From assembly GCF_037042905.1 (NCBI RefSeq), contig NC_087250.1:20772001-20836000 (forward strand): DNA of 64,000 nt. Reading direction: 5' to 3'. Both the position numbers and the translations under genes were made by a program. Position 1 is the first letter of the stretch. Each line of letters starts with the position of its first letter. The stretch is from Lytechinus pictus (lineage: Eukaryota). The notes beneath the pieces are model-generated. The model made no database searches and was not told the origin of the DNA. It saw only the letters and a program-made list of their open reading frames with translations. Of the stretch, positions 21,977 through 34,959 are shown piece by piece.

Positions 21977-24900
21977 CAAGGCCCTATATAAACAAGGTTG
22001 CGACACCGGAAGTAGCCGTCATTTGCTCATGGAGCTTTTGAATAGTTCCAAATTCACCGAAGTTTGTGTACAAAGTCAATGGGGGAGATTTTTCGACAGC
22101 AAATTTCAGGTAATAACAATTGTTATTAAGAAAAACAAAATGATAGTTTTTAAAGAGAATTTTATGTGCTTCATTTTGATATGATTGGTTTGCAATAATT
22201 TTGAATTTTAACATGCTTTTTTACTAATTTTTAATAGTTCCAAGGCGTAAACATGACAGTAAAGATACGGTATGGGACTGGCAACTGTAGCCGGCAGTGC
22301 GGCTGGCTCAGTAGCCCGATATACGCTGTGGTTGTGTTTCCTGACGGGTTGGGTCCGGACTCACGATATCTCCTTTAATTTTGAAAAGTTTACAAAAAAT
22401 ACAAGCAATGTCTTTGATTTTTTTTTTAGCTCAGAATGTAAGAAAATATTATAAAGAACAAATAATGATGGTGATAAGCATTATCCAAGCTATATTTTTT
22501 GCTTTATTTTGCTGAGCTGAGAAGTGAGATAAAATAAAAAAAATGAAAAAAAGTCAGTGAGATAAACAACAGCAAGCCTAAACTTCTACAAATACAAGGC
22601 TTCATTTTTCAGTGTCCGGACACCAAACCCCTCATCGATGTTCCACAGATCCAAAACAAATTTCCTGAAAATGAATCCCAAATTTTCTGAAATTCATAGA
22701 CAATTCCTGGAATTTTCCATTTTGATTTTTCAAATCTGGCAATAATAATTAATACAGTGAGCCTAAATTTGGTCCAAGAAGTGACCAAAATCAAGAAATA
22801 AAACATTTTTGTTCGTCATGTCCTCTTGAAAATTGGAACAAAATTACGAAATGACGAGGGCAGAAAATTTTGAGCTCCGACGACGGAGCCTATGTCTGGA
22901 TCCGGAGGAAGATCTAGGCCTAATGTTAGATCTAAATCTTTGTAAAATATTACATGAATATTTTAAAGTTGCTACGGTAAATTGTCATTTAATTGTAATC
23001 ATGGGCGGATCCAGGATTTTCCAAAAGGGGAGGCACATTTTCCTGAGGAAAAAATTGACATGCAAAAATAAAAGGGACTTCACGTTCAAAGGGGGGGGGG
23101 CACACTTCTGCATTTCTACATTACAATTTTAAATTTTGCTTCTCAAGGGGCCCCCCTTGTAATTTTTGGATTTCCCTGAATTTCCTGGAATTTTTTTCAT
23201 TTCTGGAACCTTTCCTGGAAAAAGTAAAAGTTTCTTGAATTGCGGGAAGAGTGGAAGCACCCCATCCTCTTGCACTCTCCAACCACTCTTTCTGTCTTGA
23301 GTCTACGCAACATTCATGTACAATGCACACTCAAGAAGACAGATCCATTCAGTTATTTGTTTTCATTCTAGACTTAGAAATCTTTTTTTTTTATTCACAA
23401 GAGCGCTCAAAAACTTTTAATTTTGAGCATATTTTTGTGAGGCCCTCTGTGACTGATGCAGATCTTCATCTCCACAGACTCTCTTTTTAATCTCTTTTTA
23501 ATTAGAAAAAAATTATACATTTCAAGAATTCAATTTAGTTTTGTGCCAAGGCATTTTTTTATGATGATGAATTCACTGTATGGTCAAAATTGACTGTTCC
23601 AAAATATCAAGTATTCATCCAGTCTAGATCAAGAGAAAATTGACAATCTTGTTGACAATCTTGTTCACCACACAGGTTACTAACTGTGGACAAGGTTATC
23701 ACAACCTTGTGATAAAAGTGGTGTTAGCTTAGCACTGCATTTTTAAAAAGTGGTTTAAGACCACATGGATGTTATCACAACCTTGTAGTATTGGACAAGT
23801 GCCCCTATCATACCACTAGTTGCATGTCCGGACAGGTTGGGTATCTAGACCAAAAATTTATTCGACTAGGCCAAGTAATTTGAAATGGTTTGGAATTAAA
23901 ATCAATTCTTTGTAGTTTTTCAAAGAAACTTTAAAGGCCTAATTTAGCATACATGCACATGTAGACCTCTACTCTGTTGATATGTATGGTGTGATAACTA
24001 AGTAATTACAAAAGCCAATGATAATACGTGCTTAGTTGACATGATAATCATTGATGCACCAAACTTATCTAAGTTAGATCTAAATGTAGATTTTTTTTTT
24101 CAATTTGATTGTGGAAAATAAAATAGGCCCTACATGTAATTGCTGCCGATTGATCTGTTTTGGATGAGAGGAACTACTGGATAAGCCAGTAAGCTGTGTA
24201 AGTATGATTGTTTGATTTTCATCATGATTGTAATAAGATGTGATTATATTACATACATGTAGGGCTACATTGTGCAGTCAATCTTTCTTATTTCCTTGAA
24301 ATGTTCTCCTTTAAATCTTTCATCATGTATCATTCCGCCTGTCTTCTGACCGCATTTTGTGCAATGTTGGATGAGTTCGACTCTCATGAAGTTCCAAATT
24401 TAAATTAAGAACTTTCATTGGTGGCAACAGCATAAAATGAGGGTCAATCTCTCACTCTCTACCTATTGTTTCTTTTATTTCATATTTAGTGTACATGTAA
24501 TGATAATATAGTTGGATCATGCGTTAATTTAGATAGTTGTAAAGAGGTTGTTTTATTAAGCAAATACATTTTAATGCCAATATGAACTTTATATGGCATT
24601 GGATGGGTGAGGAGGTGCCATGGCCACATTAGTTTAGTCTGCAGGCACAGACTGAATGAAACTTGTTCTAAGTGTGGCTCCACGTAAGGACTAGCACATA
24701 CAATACTTGCTGTCTGAGCGAGAGGGCTTTCAGTACACAAGGCATGAGTAGGACGACAAGAACACACTTGTCGCAACGTCAAGATTGGGTGGTCCTTTTC
24801 AGGACCAACATTTGCCCAAGAAAGATACATGATGACCATGAAACCTACTACACTATCTCAGATGTTTTTTGCTACACTATTCTTTTTTGCCATGGAAACT

Positions 24901-26897
24901 TCCAGAACAACATCTGAGATGGTACAGAGATTGAAGATTTTTGGTCTAGAAAATGTGCAAAGTATTGGCAGTGCAGAAATGAAAGTAATATTTATTAAAA
25001 AAAGGAAGCTACATGCAAACCAACTGGATTACTAAACTCATTTGTCCATGTACTGACACCATGAAAGCATTTAGGGTTATCATAGACTTGCTGGTCAATG
25101 ATGTTCGAATATGCCTCGTGAGAATTGAACTCACCCAGTACACAACAAAGAGTTTATAGCCAAATTGGTATTAGGCTAGACAGGAATAACCATTTCTAGG
25201 GATTTATTTAACAATTTCTGACATTTTACTACGTGAGAGAAGCCAACACAGTTCAGCAAAACAACCAAATACAGATACTAAAGCTTTTGGTCTAGTACTG
25301 TACTAGGCCTACTTGGGTATTTCACTTTCCTTCGGAATAGTTTTACATCACGGTGGCAACTATAAGGATAACCCTGGCCTGTATCATATATGAAAATAAA
25401 ATAAAGCATGTTGATCTCGAGAGGAACGAGGTACATGTATGTAAGGCATTGAAATGGTATAAAATCCAAAGAACACCATGGTATGTTTTTACAGGGCATA
25501 AAGGGTAGAAATATTAAGAACGCTATGAAAAATTCTGTAGCGATAGGAATATAAGGGGAAACTAGCACTAGCCTTATTCTGGTGACAACTGACAAGACCA
25601 CTTATCCAATGTAAAATTTTATGATATAAGTAACCTAACGTTATCCTCATTTAGTAAATCCTGTGCTGTGTGGTGATTGAAATGAATAAATATTTATTTA
25701 CTTTCTTTTTTTTATGTTCTTTTGATCTAAACTGGATAAAGCACTTCACTATTTGGTACAGTCCTGGTTGTAAATTCACTTTATGCATTGGCCCCAAGCC
25801 CCCAAAATAAATTGAATTCTTGAAATTAATTTTGTTCTTAATAAAAATAAGGTTAGTAGAATTGAATATCTGCATTCTGCACAGCACTTATCTCTCTTTC
25901 CATCAATTAATAGGCAATATATGTTTCATCTTCAAAATCTAAATTCACAGGATTGATTCAAATTGTCATAGTTGATTTTAATATTAAATGAACATAATTC
26001 CCAATTAAGGATACCAATCATCTTTCCTATAACATGTTCGCATACATTTTTTGCCTACATTTTGTCATGTTTATTTCAACTCACTGCAGCTGCATGCCTG
26101 CATGTAGATCTAGATCTAACGTTAGATCTATTTGGTATTATTAATAGATCTAGTAACATTTTTTGCTGTACTTTTTTGTTAATAGGGCCACATGGAAAAC
26201 CACCAAGTTGATGATATGTGCCGCCCTGTGGCCTATTTAAATATCAGAAATCAAAAATAAATAAATAATTAATTAATGATTAAGGGCCCACTCAGTCAAA
26301 CTCAAACTAAAGTCTGCGGCAGTCTGAGTAAAGACAGGCACAAAGATATGCTCAAATCATTCATGTTTTTGAGTGCTCTGGTAAAAAAAATCAAATTCAG
26401 CTAAATTTACTACGGCAAAAAATCTACAATAAGAATTTAGGACATGAAACTAGTATTTATGGCACCACATGACATTCCGGTACATACTCACCTCTCGCTC
26501 TCCAAACGACCCGTGGGGGCCAGCAGAACCTTACATCCAGCCCGACAGTTCCGGGGGAAATTAGTGCAGCGTCCCGCTCGCTACCAGCAGCAGTGAGCAT
26601 TTGCGGCTTGCGACGAACTCGGTTGCCATTTTTCAAATCAACGATATTTCACGTATTTTGTTATAAGATCGTACAAATTTGATAAATTTAGGTGGTCGCT
26701 AATATATTGATATGAATGTGTAGTGTAAAAATAAATTTCTAACGTCAATTTCCAATATATTTATAAAAAATGATTCAAAATTTTGCACGCATTTCCAATG
26801 GTAGCAGTCGACAAAAAGGCCCGGTTGGAACTATTCGAGATCCTTCAAATTTGACCTTTGACCCCTGTTGTCGCAACCTTGTTTATATAGGGCCTTG
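21977..26897. mobile_element. 4.9-kb non-autonomous P-superfamily-like DNA transposon
   Basis: Perfect 29-bp TIRs CAAGGCCCTATATAAACAAGGTTGCGACA (21977-22005 / 26869-26897); 8-bp TSD ATGCAGAG (21969-21976 / 26898-26905); no transposase ORF. Confidence 0.85.
24745..24810 (+). repeat. Dead copy of the hammerhead-like terminal motif seen at 2343-2410
   Basis: GACAAG-aacaca-CTTGTC-GCAAC-GTC...TCCTTTTCAGGACCAAC matches the reverse complement of 2343-2400; catalytic core positions are mutated. Confidence 0.5.
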
Positions 26898-27575
26898 ATG
26901 CAGAGTGAATACTGCCCTCTTGCGTTCACAAGTATCAAAGGTCGGGGGGGGGGCGAATATTTGTTTCCGTACATAGAAACGCTATGGTACATGAGTTATT
27001 CATAAGTTGAGCTAAAAAACTGAAGTGCGCAGGCGCATGGACTAGGCGATAGTTCTATATCTTCATCGATTTTTACATGAACGAATGGACGAGCACACTC
27101 TTGTACATAAATGAATGGTCTCCATCCCAATCTCCCCGCATTCTGAAGTTTCGATTTCTCTCTTGCAATCTCTCTCCCTTCCTCTCTCTTAGCACACTCT
27201 CTCTGCTTTATGAATCATGAATGAATTGACTCGCATTATGTTCTCGCAACCCTCCCTCATCTAAATTTATGTTCCTTACTGAACATGTAAGCCAAGTTCT
27301 CCCTCTCTGTTGCTCTCTTTCTCTCCCCTCTCTACATGATTATGCCTATAACTTTTAGAAATACATTGATGCCTATAAATAAAACTTAATGTTGAATTTA
27401 AATGTTGATCAGGATTCATGAAGACCTAAAATCTCAAGAGCTTCAAGCTATAGTAATTTCAGTTTGAGTGATTTATGATTTAGTTATACTTTCCCCGAAC
27501 CCCCAAGTCACATTTCAATGTCGAATATTCCTTGCAGACAAATATAAATCATTTTGTGGGGGCTGACCGAGGAGG

Positions 27576-29442
27576 TCGATATTAGTCCTAAGGTAGTTAA
27601 ATATTCAATTCATGCAATAGTTTCCCCTTTATGTAAAATCATTAATATGTCTCTTGAAAATGGTGTGTTTCCGAACTCTTTAAAACTTGCTAAAGTAACT
27701 CCTATCTTTAAGAATGGTAATAAAACACTAGTAACTAACTACCGACCCATATCAATTTTATCAGTTTTCAGCAAGGTTTTTGGAAAAAAAGTATATGACA
27801 AATTGATAGCATTTATTTCAAAACACAACATATTATATAACAAGCAATTCGGTTTCAGACACGGATACAACACTGCTCATGCATTAATTGATTTAACTGA
27901 AAAAATAGTTAAGGAATATGAAAACAAAGCAATAACGATTGGTGTATTTTTAGACTTATCTAAAGCATTCGATTGTATAGACCATAATATTTTAATTGAT
28001 AAGCTATCATCATACGGGTTTAGAGGGACAGTTTTTGAAGTGGTTAATCAGTTACTTAAGAAATCGAAAACAATGTGTATGCATCGACAAAATTTATTCA
28101 GATTTTCAGGACATTAGAGTAGGGGTACCCCAGGGGTCTAACCTAGGCCCTCTTCCTTTTATACTGTACATAAATGACCTGCAACATGTAAGTAATATTT
28201 TAACTACTAACTTATTTGCAGACGATACAAGTTTATTTTTATCTGGTAAGGATCCCATTCAATTAAATAATATTTTGAAATTCTGAAATGGAAAAAGTTC
28301 ACATGTGGTTCCAAGCCAACAGACTACAAATTAACACTAAGAAGACATCTTTTATGATTTTCAAGCTTAAAAATTAAAAAAATTGAAGAAAACTCCATAA
28401 AATTATAAATGATTTTGAAATTCAGAAAGTGCAATATACGAAATTCCTAGGTGTCACAATTGACGATAGCATGAGTTGGAAACAACATGTAAATAATATT
28501 TCTATGAAGATTTCTCAAACCATTGGTATACTTAATAGAATCAAAGGTGACTTACCATTGCATATTCGTGTTCAATTATACAATACAATGATACTCACGC
28601 ATCTCAGCTATTGCAATATCTTATGGGGGGACTGTGCAAATTTTTTAATGCTACAATTATTTCGCTTACAAAAACGGGCAATAAGAATAATAACAAATTC
28701 CCCATATTTAGCTCACTCTCATCAATTATTCCGTAAATTAAAGATTCTAAAAATTTATGATATACATACCCTTCACACTGCAAGTTTTATGTTTTCATAC
28801 TACAAGAATCAGTTGCCTGACACATTCAACAGTTATTTTAAAACAAATCGCAGTGTAAACAAATATAATACGAGAAATTCTGATAATTTATGCATTCCTT
28901 TTTACCGCTTTTCTTTCTCAAGAACAGTCACAAGTTATAGTGGACCACTCATATGGAACAGTTTGCCCCCTGAAATCAAAGAAAGTCCTTCGCTAAATTC
29001 ATTTAAAGTAAGATGTAAGTCTTACCTTCTAAATATGTATACTTCACCATGTTCTCAGTGAACAAGCTTGCTTGCTTTTATGTGTATGTTTTTTAAACAT
29101 ATTTTTTTGTAATATAGTTGTTATTTTTTTTCCAATTTTTCATTAGTTTGTTGATTTCGTTTATTTTGAAATGTGTGTTTCTTGCAATCTAATAAATTGA
29201 TTGCAGGATGGTCTTTTTTCGGTAATGAATGTTAATCAGGGAGTAGCCTAGATAAGTCTAATTGGCTTTTGCTATTCCCCCACATCGCATTCATTACCCT
29301 ATGTATTTTGTTATTTTTGTTAATTTGTCATTTTACAATATTTATTACTCCTTTACTATGGAATCATTTTGATTGATCTCGATATATTGTATCTTGTATT
29401 TTTTTTTTTTACAGATGTGAAATAAATGAATTTGAATTTGAA
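27576..29442 (+). mobile_element. 5'-truncated CR1/L2-group (Crack-like) LINE, frameshifted RT ORF2
   Basis: RT motifs YRPISILS, QFGFR, FLDLSKAFD, GVPQGSNLGP, LFADDT, KFLGV and WNSLP across ORFs 27554-28117, 27996-28286 and 28429-29061. 3' UTR ends AATAAA-(TGAATT)n. Confidence 0.93.
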
Positions 29443-29469
29443 CTAAGATTCTCTTTGTTACATAATTCC

Positions 29470-29880
29470 TCAATCTATAAAGTATTCAAAATTTATATAT
29501 ATCAACAATCGAACTGATATGTCATCATATCCACTTGCTTTAGATTGTACAAGAGTGAATAAAATTTCTTTAACTTCTGAACTTGTTATTTGCAGGAAGA
29601 AAAATATTTGACTAATGTATGGACCCATGAACTCTCGGTAATTAACATTAGGCTCCTCAATTTTCTCAGCTAGATTTTTCCCAATAGTAGAGAAATAATT
29701 GTTGAGTGAATTTGCTATATCAACAGATGAAGTAATTTCGGAAGGTTCATTTTCTTGGTTAACAACTAATTTTTGAATTTTTGAATTCAGATTCGAGCCA
29801 CTATTTTTAATCAAAATTTCATTGATATGACTCCACGTTTTCTTTGAATCTTTTTTGTCTGCTTTCTCGTTAACTTTTCC
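29470..29880 (-). mobile_element. LINE ORF2 fragment (endonuclease-RT linker region)
   Basis: KTWSHINE..., IANSLNNYFSTIGKNLA and KASGYDDIS are typical CR1/L2-group pre-RT motifs. Confidence 0.8.
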
Positions 29881-30137
29881 AAATGGCTAATGCAGCACAA
29901 TAATAGACTTGGATTCCATCCTCCAAAGCAATGTGATTTAAAGTGAAGAAAATGGCGCTAAGTATACGGATATATATATATATATATATATATCTATTCA
30001 TACATATTTTGTGTGTGACTAAGTCAATGTTGAAACAATTATGCTTGTTTTATTCGTATTATTGCAGCACAATAATAGACTTGGATTCCATCCTCCAAAG
30101 CAATGTGATTTAAAGTGAAGAAAATGACGCTAAGTAT

Positions 30138-30204
<67 letters not shown>

Positions 30205-30301
30205 GACTATACGAAACTACAGTTACTGAAAAGTGCTCAACTACATGTACATATAGGAGCTTCATGTAGTATAGTAATAGGGTGGAGCGAGTTGCTTAGA
30301 T

Positions 30302-30348
30302 TTTAGTTGTAGAGACTGTTTCCCCCTGAGGGTTCATCAGCAACTAAA
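30302..30348 (-). ncRNA. Type I hammerhead ribozyme, copy with a helix III mismatch
   Basis: Same as 32318-32364 except position 30312, giving a CUA cleavage triplet and a C-C mismatch in helix III. Confidence 0.7.
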
Positions 30349-30554
30349 TCAAATTTAATGATGAACTAAAGTACAGTTAAAGAGAACAATAACTCTAGTG
30401 CAGTCAAGCAAACAAACAAAAGACACAATGTAAGGGGGATAAATGACTACAGTGAACAGATAATAGCTCTATTCTTTAAACTGAGTAAGGAGAATTGGGG
30501 TAATGTTGGGGTGGAGTGGGTTTGACACATAAGGGGGGGGGGGGGGTTCTATGG

Positions 30555-31090
30555 TTAACCATAACCTGAAAGTAAAAATGTCTTATTGTGTTTACAAGTT
30601 GAAATGAGTTCTGTTCTTGAGTTTATCATTGCTGCTTTCTTGGCCGTGATTATGTGGTACTTCTCCCACAGACACAGGTTGCATCTCTTTGTTTTGGGTG
30701 AGTAGGGCTGCGCATGTCTTACGATTCTCCATTTGACTGAGTAGGGCGTTCCTTCATCCTTCAGTCTCCATATGTACTCGCTGAGCTTAGTTTGGTGCCG
30801 TTTCCCCCGATTTGTGATGCTTGCTTTGTGGTTTGCGTATCTTGTCTTGAATGGAGTTGATGTGAGCCCGATGTACACTTTCCTGTCCCTAGATGTCACT
30901 ACCTCGGCTTCATAGATGAAATTGGTGGCCATGCATTTTCCAGGGATCGGACAGTCTTCTTTCTTTCTGCAGTTGCAGGAGTCCTTGGTTTTGTCTTTGC
31001 TAGTGTCTGTAATCTTGTTGTTGTGAGCTTTTATTGCTGTGGCCATATTGTCCATGCAGCTATAGCTGACTTTCAGCGTGTTTCTGTTGC
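30555..31090 (-). pseudogene. Penelope GIY-YIG endonuclease domain
   Basis: CNCRKKEDCPIPGKC..FIYEA..KVYIGLT..FKTRYANH..LCLWEKYHII; GIY-YIG motifs with the Penelope Cys linker. Confidence 0.9.
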
Positions 31091-31782
31091 AGACCTTGTG
31101 GAGCTGATGTTTTTTGGGAAGTGCTGTTCCACAAGGGCTAGGAACTTTCTGCCGATGTTCGTCCTAACATGCTTGCTGTAGGGTGGGTTGAACCATGTTA
31201 TGTTTCGTTTTCTTTGACGTTGGGTTTCTTTACTGCCACTTGTTGAATGTCTCGGTGAGTATACCAGCTTGGGCTTGTGTCCAGCATCTTGAAGTGCTTT
31301 CTCGTAGTCTGGTTTGGCACTGCTGAAGATGTTTTCGCTACTGGAAATGTTGACAGGCGGGTTTGGATGGACTGCGATATTCTCTTGGTGACATCCGGCG
31401 GATGATTCGATTCGGCATGTACATATAGATGGGAGTCTCCTGGTTTTGAAGAAGGTCTGAACTCTTTCTTGGAGAGGTCGAATGTCACATCAAGAAAGTC
31501 GACAATGGTTGCATTAGCATTGGCTGTGATCTGAAGTCCGAACTCTTTGAATTTCTTGCAGAGGTCCTTCTTTATGTTCTCGGCTGCTCTAGGGGATGCA
31601 TGGACAATCGCCAGGCCATCGTCTCGATATAGACCAATGTTTGTTTTGGGGATTATGTTGCTGACTTCCGCCAGTATGTATGCGCCTACTAGTTCGCATT
31701 TCTTACGAGCCGTCATACGAGCCCATGGTGACGTCGAAGAGGCCCTCAGCGTTCGCCTTCTGCCAGGTCTCGTTGTTGTGGA
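31091..31782 (-). pseudogene. Penelope reverse transcriptase C-terminal part (frameshifted)
   Basis: FDVTMGSYDG, GLYRDDGL, FLDVTFDL and YVHAESNHPP motifs. Confidence 0.9.
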
Positions 31783-32317
31783 AGACTACGAGAAAGCACT
31801 TCAAGATGCTGGACACAAGCCCAAGCTGGTATACTCAAACCACAAAGCAAGCATCACCAATCGGGGGAAACGGCACCAAACTAAGCTCAGCGAGTACATA
31901 TGGAGACTGAAGGATGAAGGAACGCCCTACTCAGTCAAATGGAGAATCGTAAGACATGCGCAGCCCTACTCACCCAAAACAAAGAGATGCAACCTGTGTC
32001 TGTGGGAGAAGTACCACATAATCACGGCCAAGAAAGCAGCGATGATAAACTCAAGAACAGAACTCATTTCAACTTGTAAACACAAGAAGAAATTTTTACT
32101 TTCAGGTTATGGTTAACCATAGAACCCCCCCCCCTATGTGTCAAACCCACTCCACCCCAACATTACCCCAATTCTCCTTACTCAGTTTAAAGAATAGAGC
32201 TATTATCTGTTCACTGTAGTCATTTATCCCCCTTACATTGTATCTTTTGTTTGTTTGCTTGACTGCACTAGAGTTATTGTTCTCTTTAACTGTACTTTAG
32301 TTCATCATTAAATTTGA

Positions 32318-32364
32318 TTTAGTTGCTGATGAACCCTCAGGGGGAAACAGTCTGTACAACTAAA
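32318..32364 (+). ncRNA. Intact type I hammerhead ribozyme in the Penelope terminal repeat
   Basis: UUUAGUUG-CUGAUGA-A-CCC-UCAG-GGG-GAAA-CA-GUC-UG-UA-CAACUAAA. It has an 8-bp helix I, a complete CUGAUGA/GAAA core, helix II, helix III ACA/UGU and a GUA cleavage site (predicted cut after 32356). Confidence 0.85.
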
Positions 32365-32388
32365 ATCTAAGCAACTCGCTCCACCCTA

Positions 32389-32399
<11 letters not shown>

Positions 32400-32425
<26 letters not shown>

Positions 32426-32850
32426 GAAATAGTCTGCTTCGGCATAAGGAATAAAATAATCACAAAAGGTTTAGTAAATGCCGTAAAAATGCCGTTTATA
32501 AATATATAAACGGCATTATGACTCTTATGATTTATATATATAAATGATTTATATATATAAATGATTTATAATTTATATATAAATTATTTATTTATATATA
32601 TTATTATATATATTATATTTATTTATATATATTTATTAATTAATAATTTATTTATAAATCATAAATCATTATGATTTATATATATAAATATATATATTTA
32701 TATATATATTTATATATATATAAATATATATAAATATATATATATTTATATATATTTTATATATAAAATTTAATATATAAATATATATATGTATAAATGC
32801 CGTTTAGTAAATGCCGTAATGTATGAATATATATATATATATATATTCAT
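32400..32850. repeat. (TA)n and AT-rich low-complexity tract
   Basis: Direct inspection. Confidence 0.8.
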
Positions 32851-33812
32851 ACATATTTTGTGTGTGACTAAGTCAATGTTGAAACAATTATGCTTGTTTT
32901 ATTCGTATTATGCTACTCGAAAAAAAAATGATACTTTATCATTTTTATAGTTTATATTGAATGAATATAATAAAGGCAAATAATTCATCCATATATATTG
33001 TGTGTGATTGAGTCAGTGTTGAAACAATTATGTCTATTTTATTTGTATTATGCTACTCGAAAAAAAATTAGGATACTTTATACATGTATTTTCTATTGAA
33101 TGAATATGATAAAGACAAAATAACAACAATAACAATCATTTTCTGGTGCTATTTTAGGGCTGGCCTGGTATGGTGCGGACAAAGAAATCTGTGTCGTTAG
33201 TCTATTCTATCACACGGCGGTTGCTTGTTTGGTCTTGTATTAGCGCAGTATCTAGTAATATATTATTTCAATTCATTTCATTTCTTGATATTTGTTTGTT
33301 TGGGGCAGAGGGGACTTGACCCCTCCCCCCCCCCCAAAAAAAAAGGAGAAAAAATACCGGTTTCAAAATAGAAAATGTATTTTTTTTTCAAATGAAATGT
33401 CCTTTTTCCAAATTTAATACTCCGTGGGCATATTATGTATTACGTAATACGTTTTGGGCGTAGAAATTCACAAAACGTTTGGTTCGCGATTTGCGAGCAA
33501 AAATTGCTTTGAATGTCCAGTTTTCTAGGTTGGATCATCACATATTTTCTGCTCGCGCTAATTCCTTATTCTTGGTTACAAAATTGCTGTTCAGTTTTCG
33601 GGCTGGGAAAAAAATCAAATGTTTAACTCGTGTTTCGTGCTCACATCATTTACTGTTTAGCAAGGTACTCATCCTGTTTCTGGTTACATAAAATGCTTTG
33701 AATGTCTTGTTTTCAGGTCGGAATATCATATATTTTCAGCTCGGGTTAATTCTTTAGTCAGACAAACATCCCTCTCATGATTACAAAAACTGTTAGGAAT
33801 GCTTAATTCTAT

Positions 33813-34480
33813 GGCACGTATTCTGAAGTCGGGTTTAACTTAAACTCAGGTTTAAAGTTGTGGTTGAAGTATGGATAGCCAATTGTTACATAAATCACTA
33901 ACAGTAGAGATATCATACTTCAGCTCATTTGGCTCTCAAATCATTCATAATTGTCTAGGAAGTATAAATAGATGTTTGCCTTCACCATCGATGAATCAGG
34001 AAAGAGCACAGTAAACATAAGAAACATACAACTTAATACAAATTTCGATACTTTTGGCTTCCCATACTTAAAGGTATTGTTTAACTTTGTGAGCAGCCGA
34101 TTTAAAAAATTCTCAAACCAAGATGAAACATGTGTACAAGTGCAACTAATAAACCCTGAAAACAACCATTATTGAGAATGGAAAGCTAAAACTACAAGGC
34201 AAACCCCGATTTTGTAAATAGGCGTCTTATAGACGCCTAAATAGTACACATAAGCGTATGGGATGAAATTAAGATGGTGTTTTCGGTCACTTTATATTTC
34301 AATTTTTGAAGCACTAAATAATTATTTTCGAACTTCATTTTTGTAACATATCACAGACACAGGTGACAAGTGTGACCTTCTAGCTCAGATTTTTTTAAAG
34401 TCAAACCAATGTTAACCAATCACTTTAAACCACAATTTTAAACTTGAGTTTAAGTTAAAACCGACTTCAGAATACGGGCT
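33813..34480. mobile_element. PIF/Harbinger-like MITE
   Basis: ~55-bp TIRs GGC(A/C)CGTATTCTGAAGTCGG...; 3-bp TSD TAT (33810-33812 / 34481-34483). Confidence 0.75.
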
Positions 34481-34959
34481 TATCTGTTTTAAATGAAATT
34501 GCCAAAAGTTGAGCTTACGATTCGCACTCCCAACATCTCGCAAGGATGCCCTTTTAACAGTAGTTAGCGTCAATGACCAAAACGCGAGTATTAAAACTTC
34601 AGGTTTAATTTTTTTTTCAAAGCGCTGTCTCGCTATATATATGCTCTCTCGCAGTAAAAAATAAAGCCTGAATACATATCTCATCAATCAGAAACCCTTC
34701 AAAAAGGCTTTCATCAACTTAATTACTATGTAGTGGCAATTTATCATTTGTATATTGAGAATTTATCCTATTTATATTGAGTAATCCGTTACGACTGAAT
34801 TGACATAAGATTTTATCTTTGATCTAAATTTTTATTTAATTAGATACCGTGTGAACATGACTCAAACATAATAGTTTATCTGCAGGCAAAGGAATGTATA
34901 CCAGTCCTTTTGTTATTTTCTAAAAAATAGAATCCGTTTACGTATGATTTGTATGGCCT

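Larger units (their letters stand above)
30202..32396 (-). mobile_element. 5'-truncated Penelope-like element with inverted terminal (pLTR) duplication, inserted in (TA)n
   Basis: Minus-strand RT C-terminus and GIY-YIG endonuclease; 31837-32396 is an inverted near-identical copy of ~30270-30834; flanked by (TA)n on both sides. Confidence 0.92.

Noticed and set aside
24486..24839. Minus ORF with GPEKDHPILTL resembling a THAP C-terminus
   Set aside because: That segment is the reverse complement of the hammerhead-like retroelement terminus shared with 2343-2410, so the resemblance is coincidental.
27576..29880. Twin-priming inversion linking the + LINE and the - fragment (both break near the DIS motif)
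   Set aside because: The inverted piece lies beyond the 3' tail rather than at the 5' end, and the overlap differs (DISPKVV versus DISVRLL); these look like separate insertions.
31547..32116. 189-aa + strand ORF as a real gene
   Set aside because: Chimera of antisense RT sequence and a duplicated GIY-YIG half created by the inversion; it lacks the GIY/YIG motifs.
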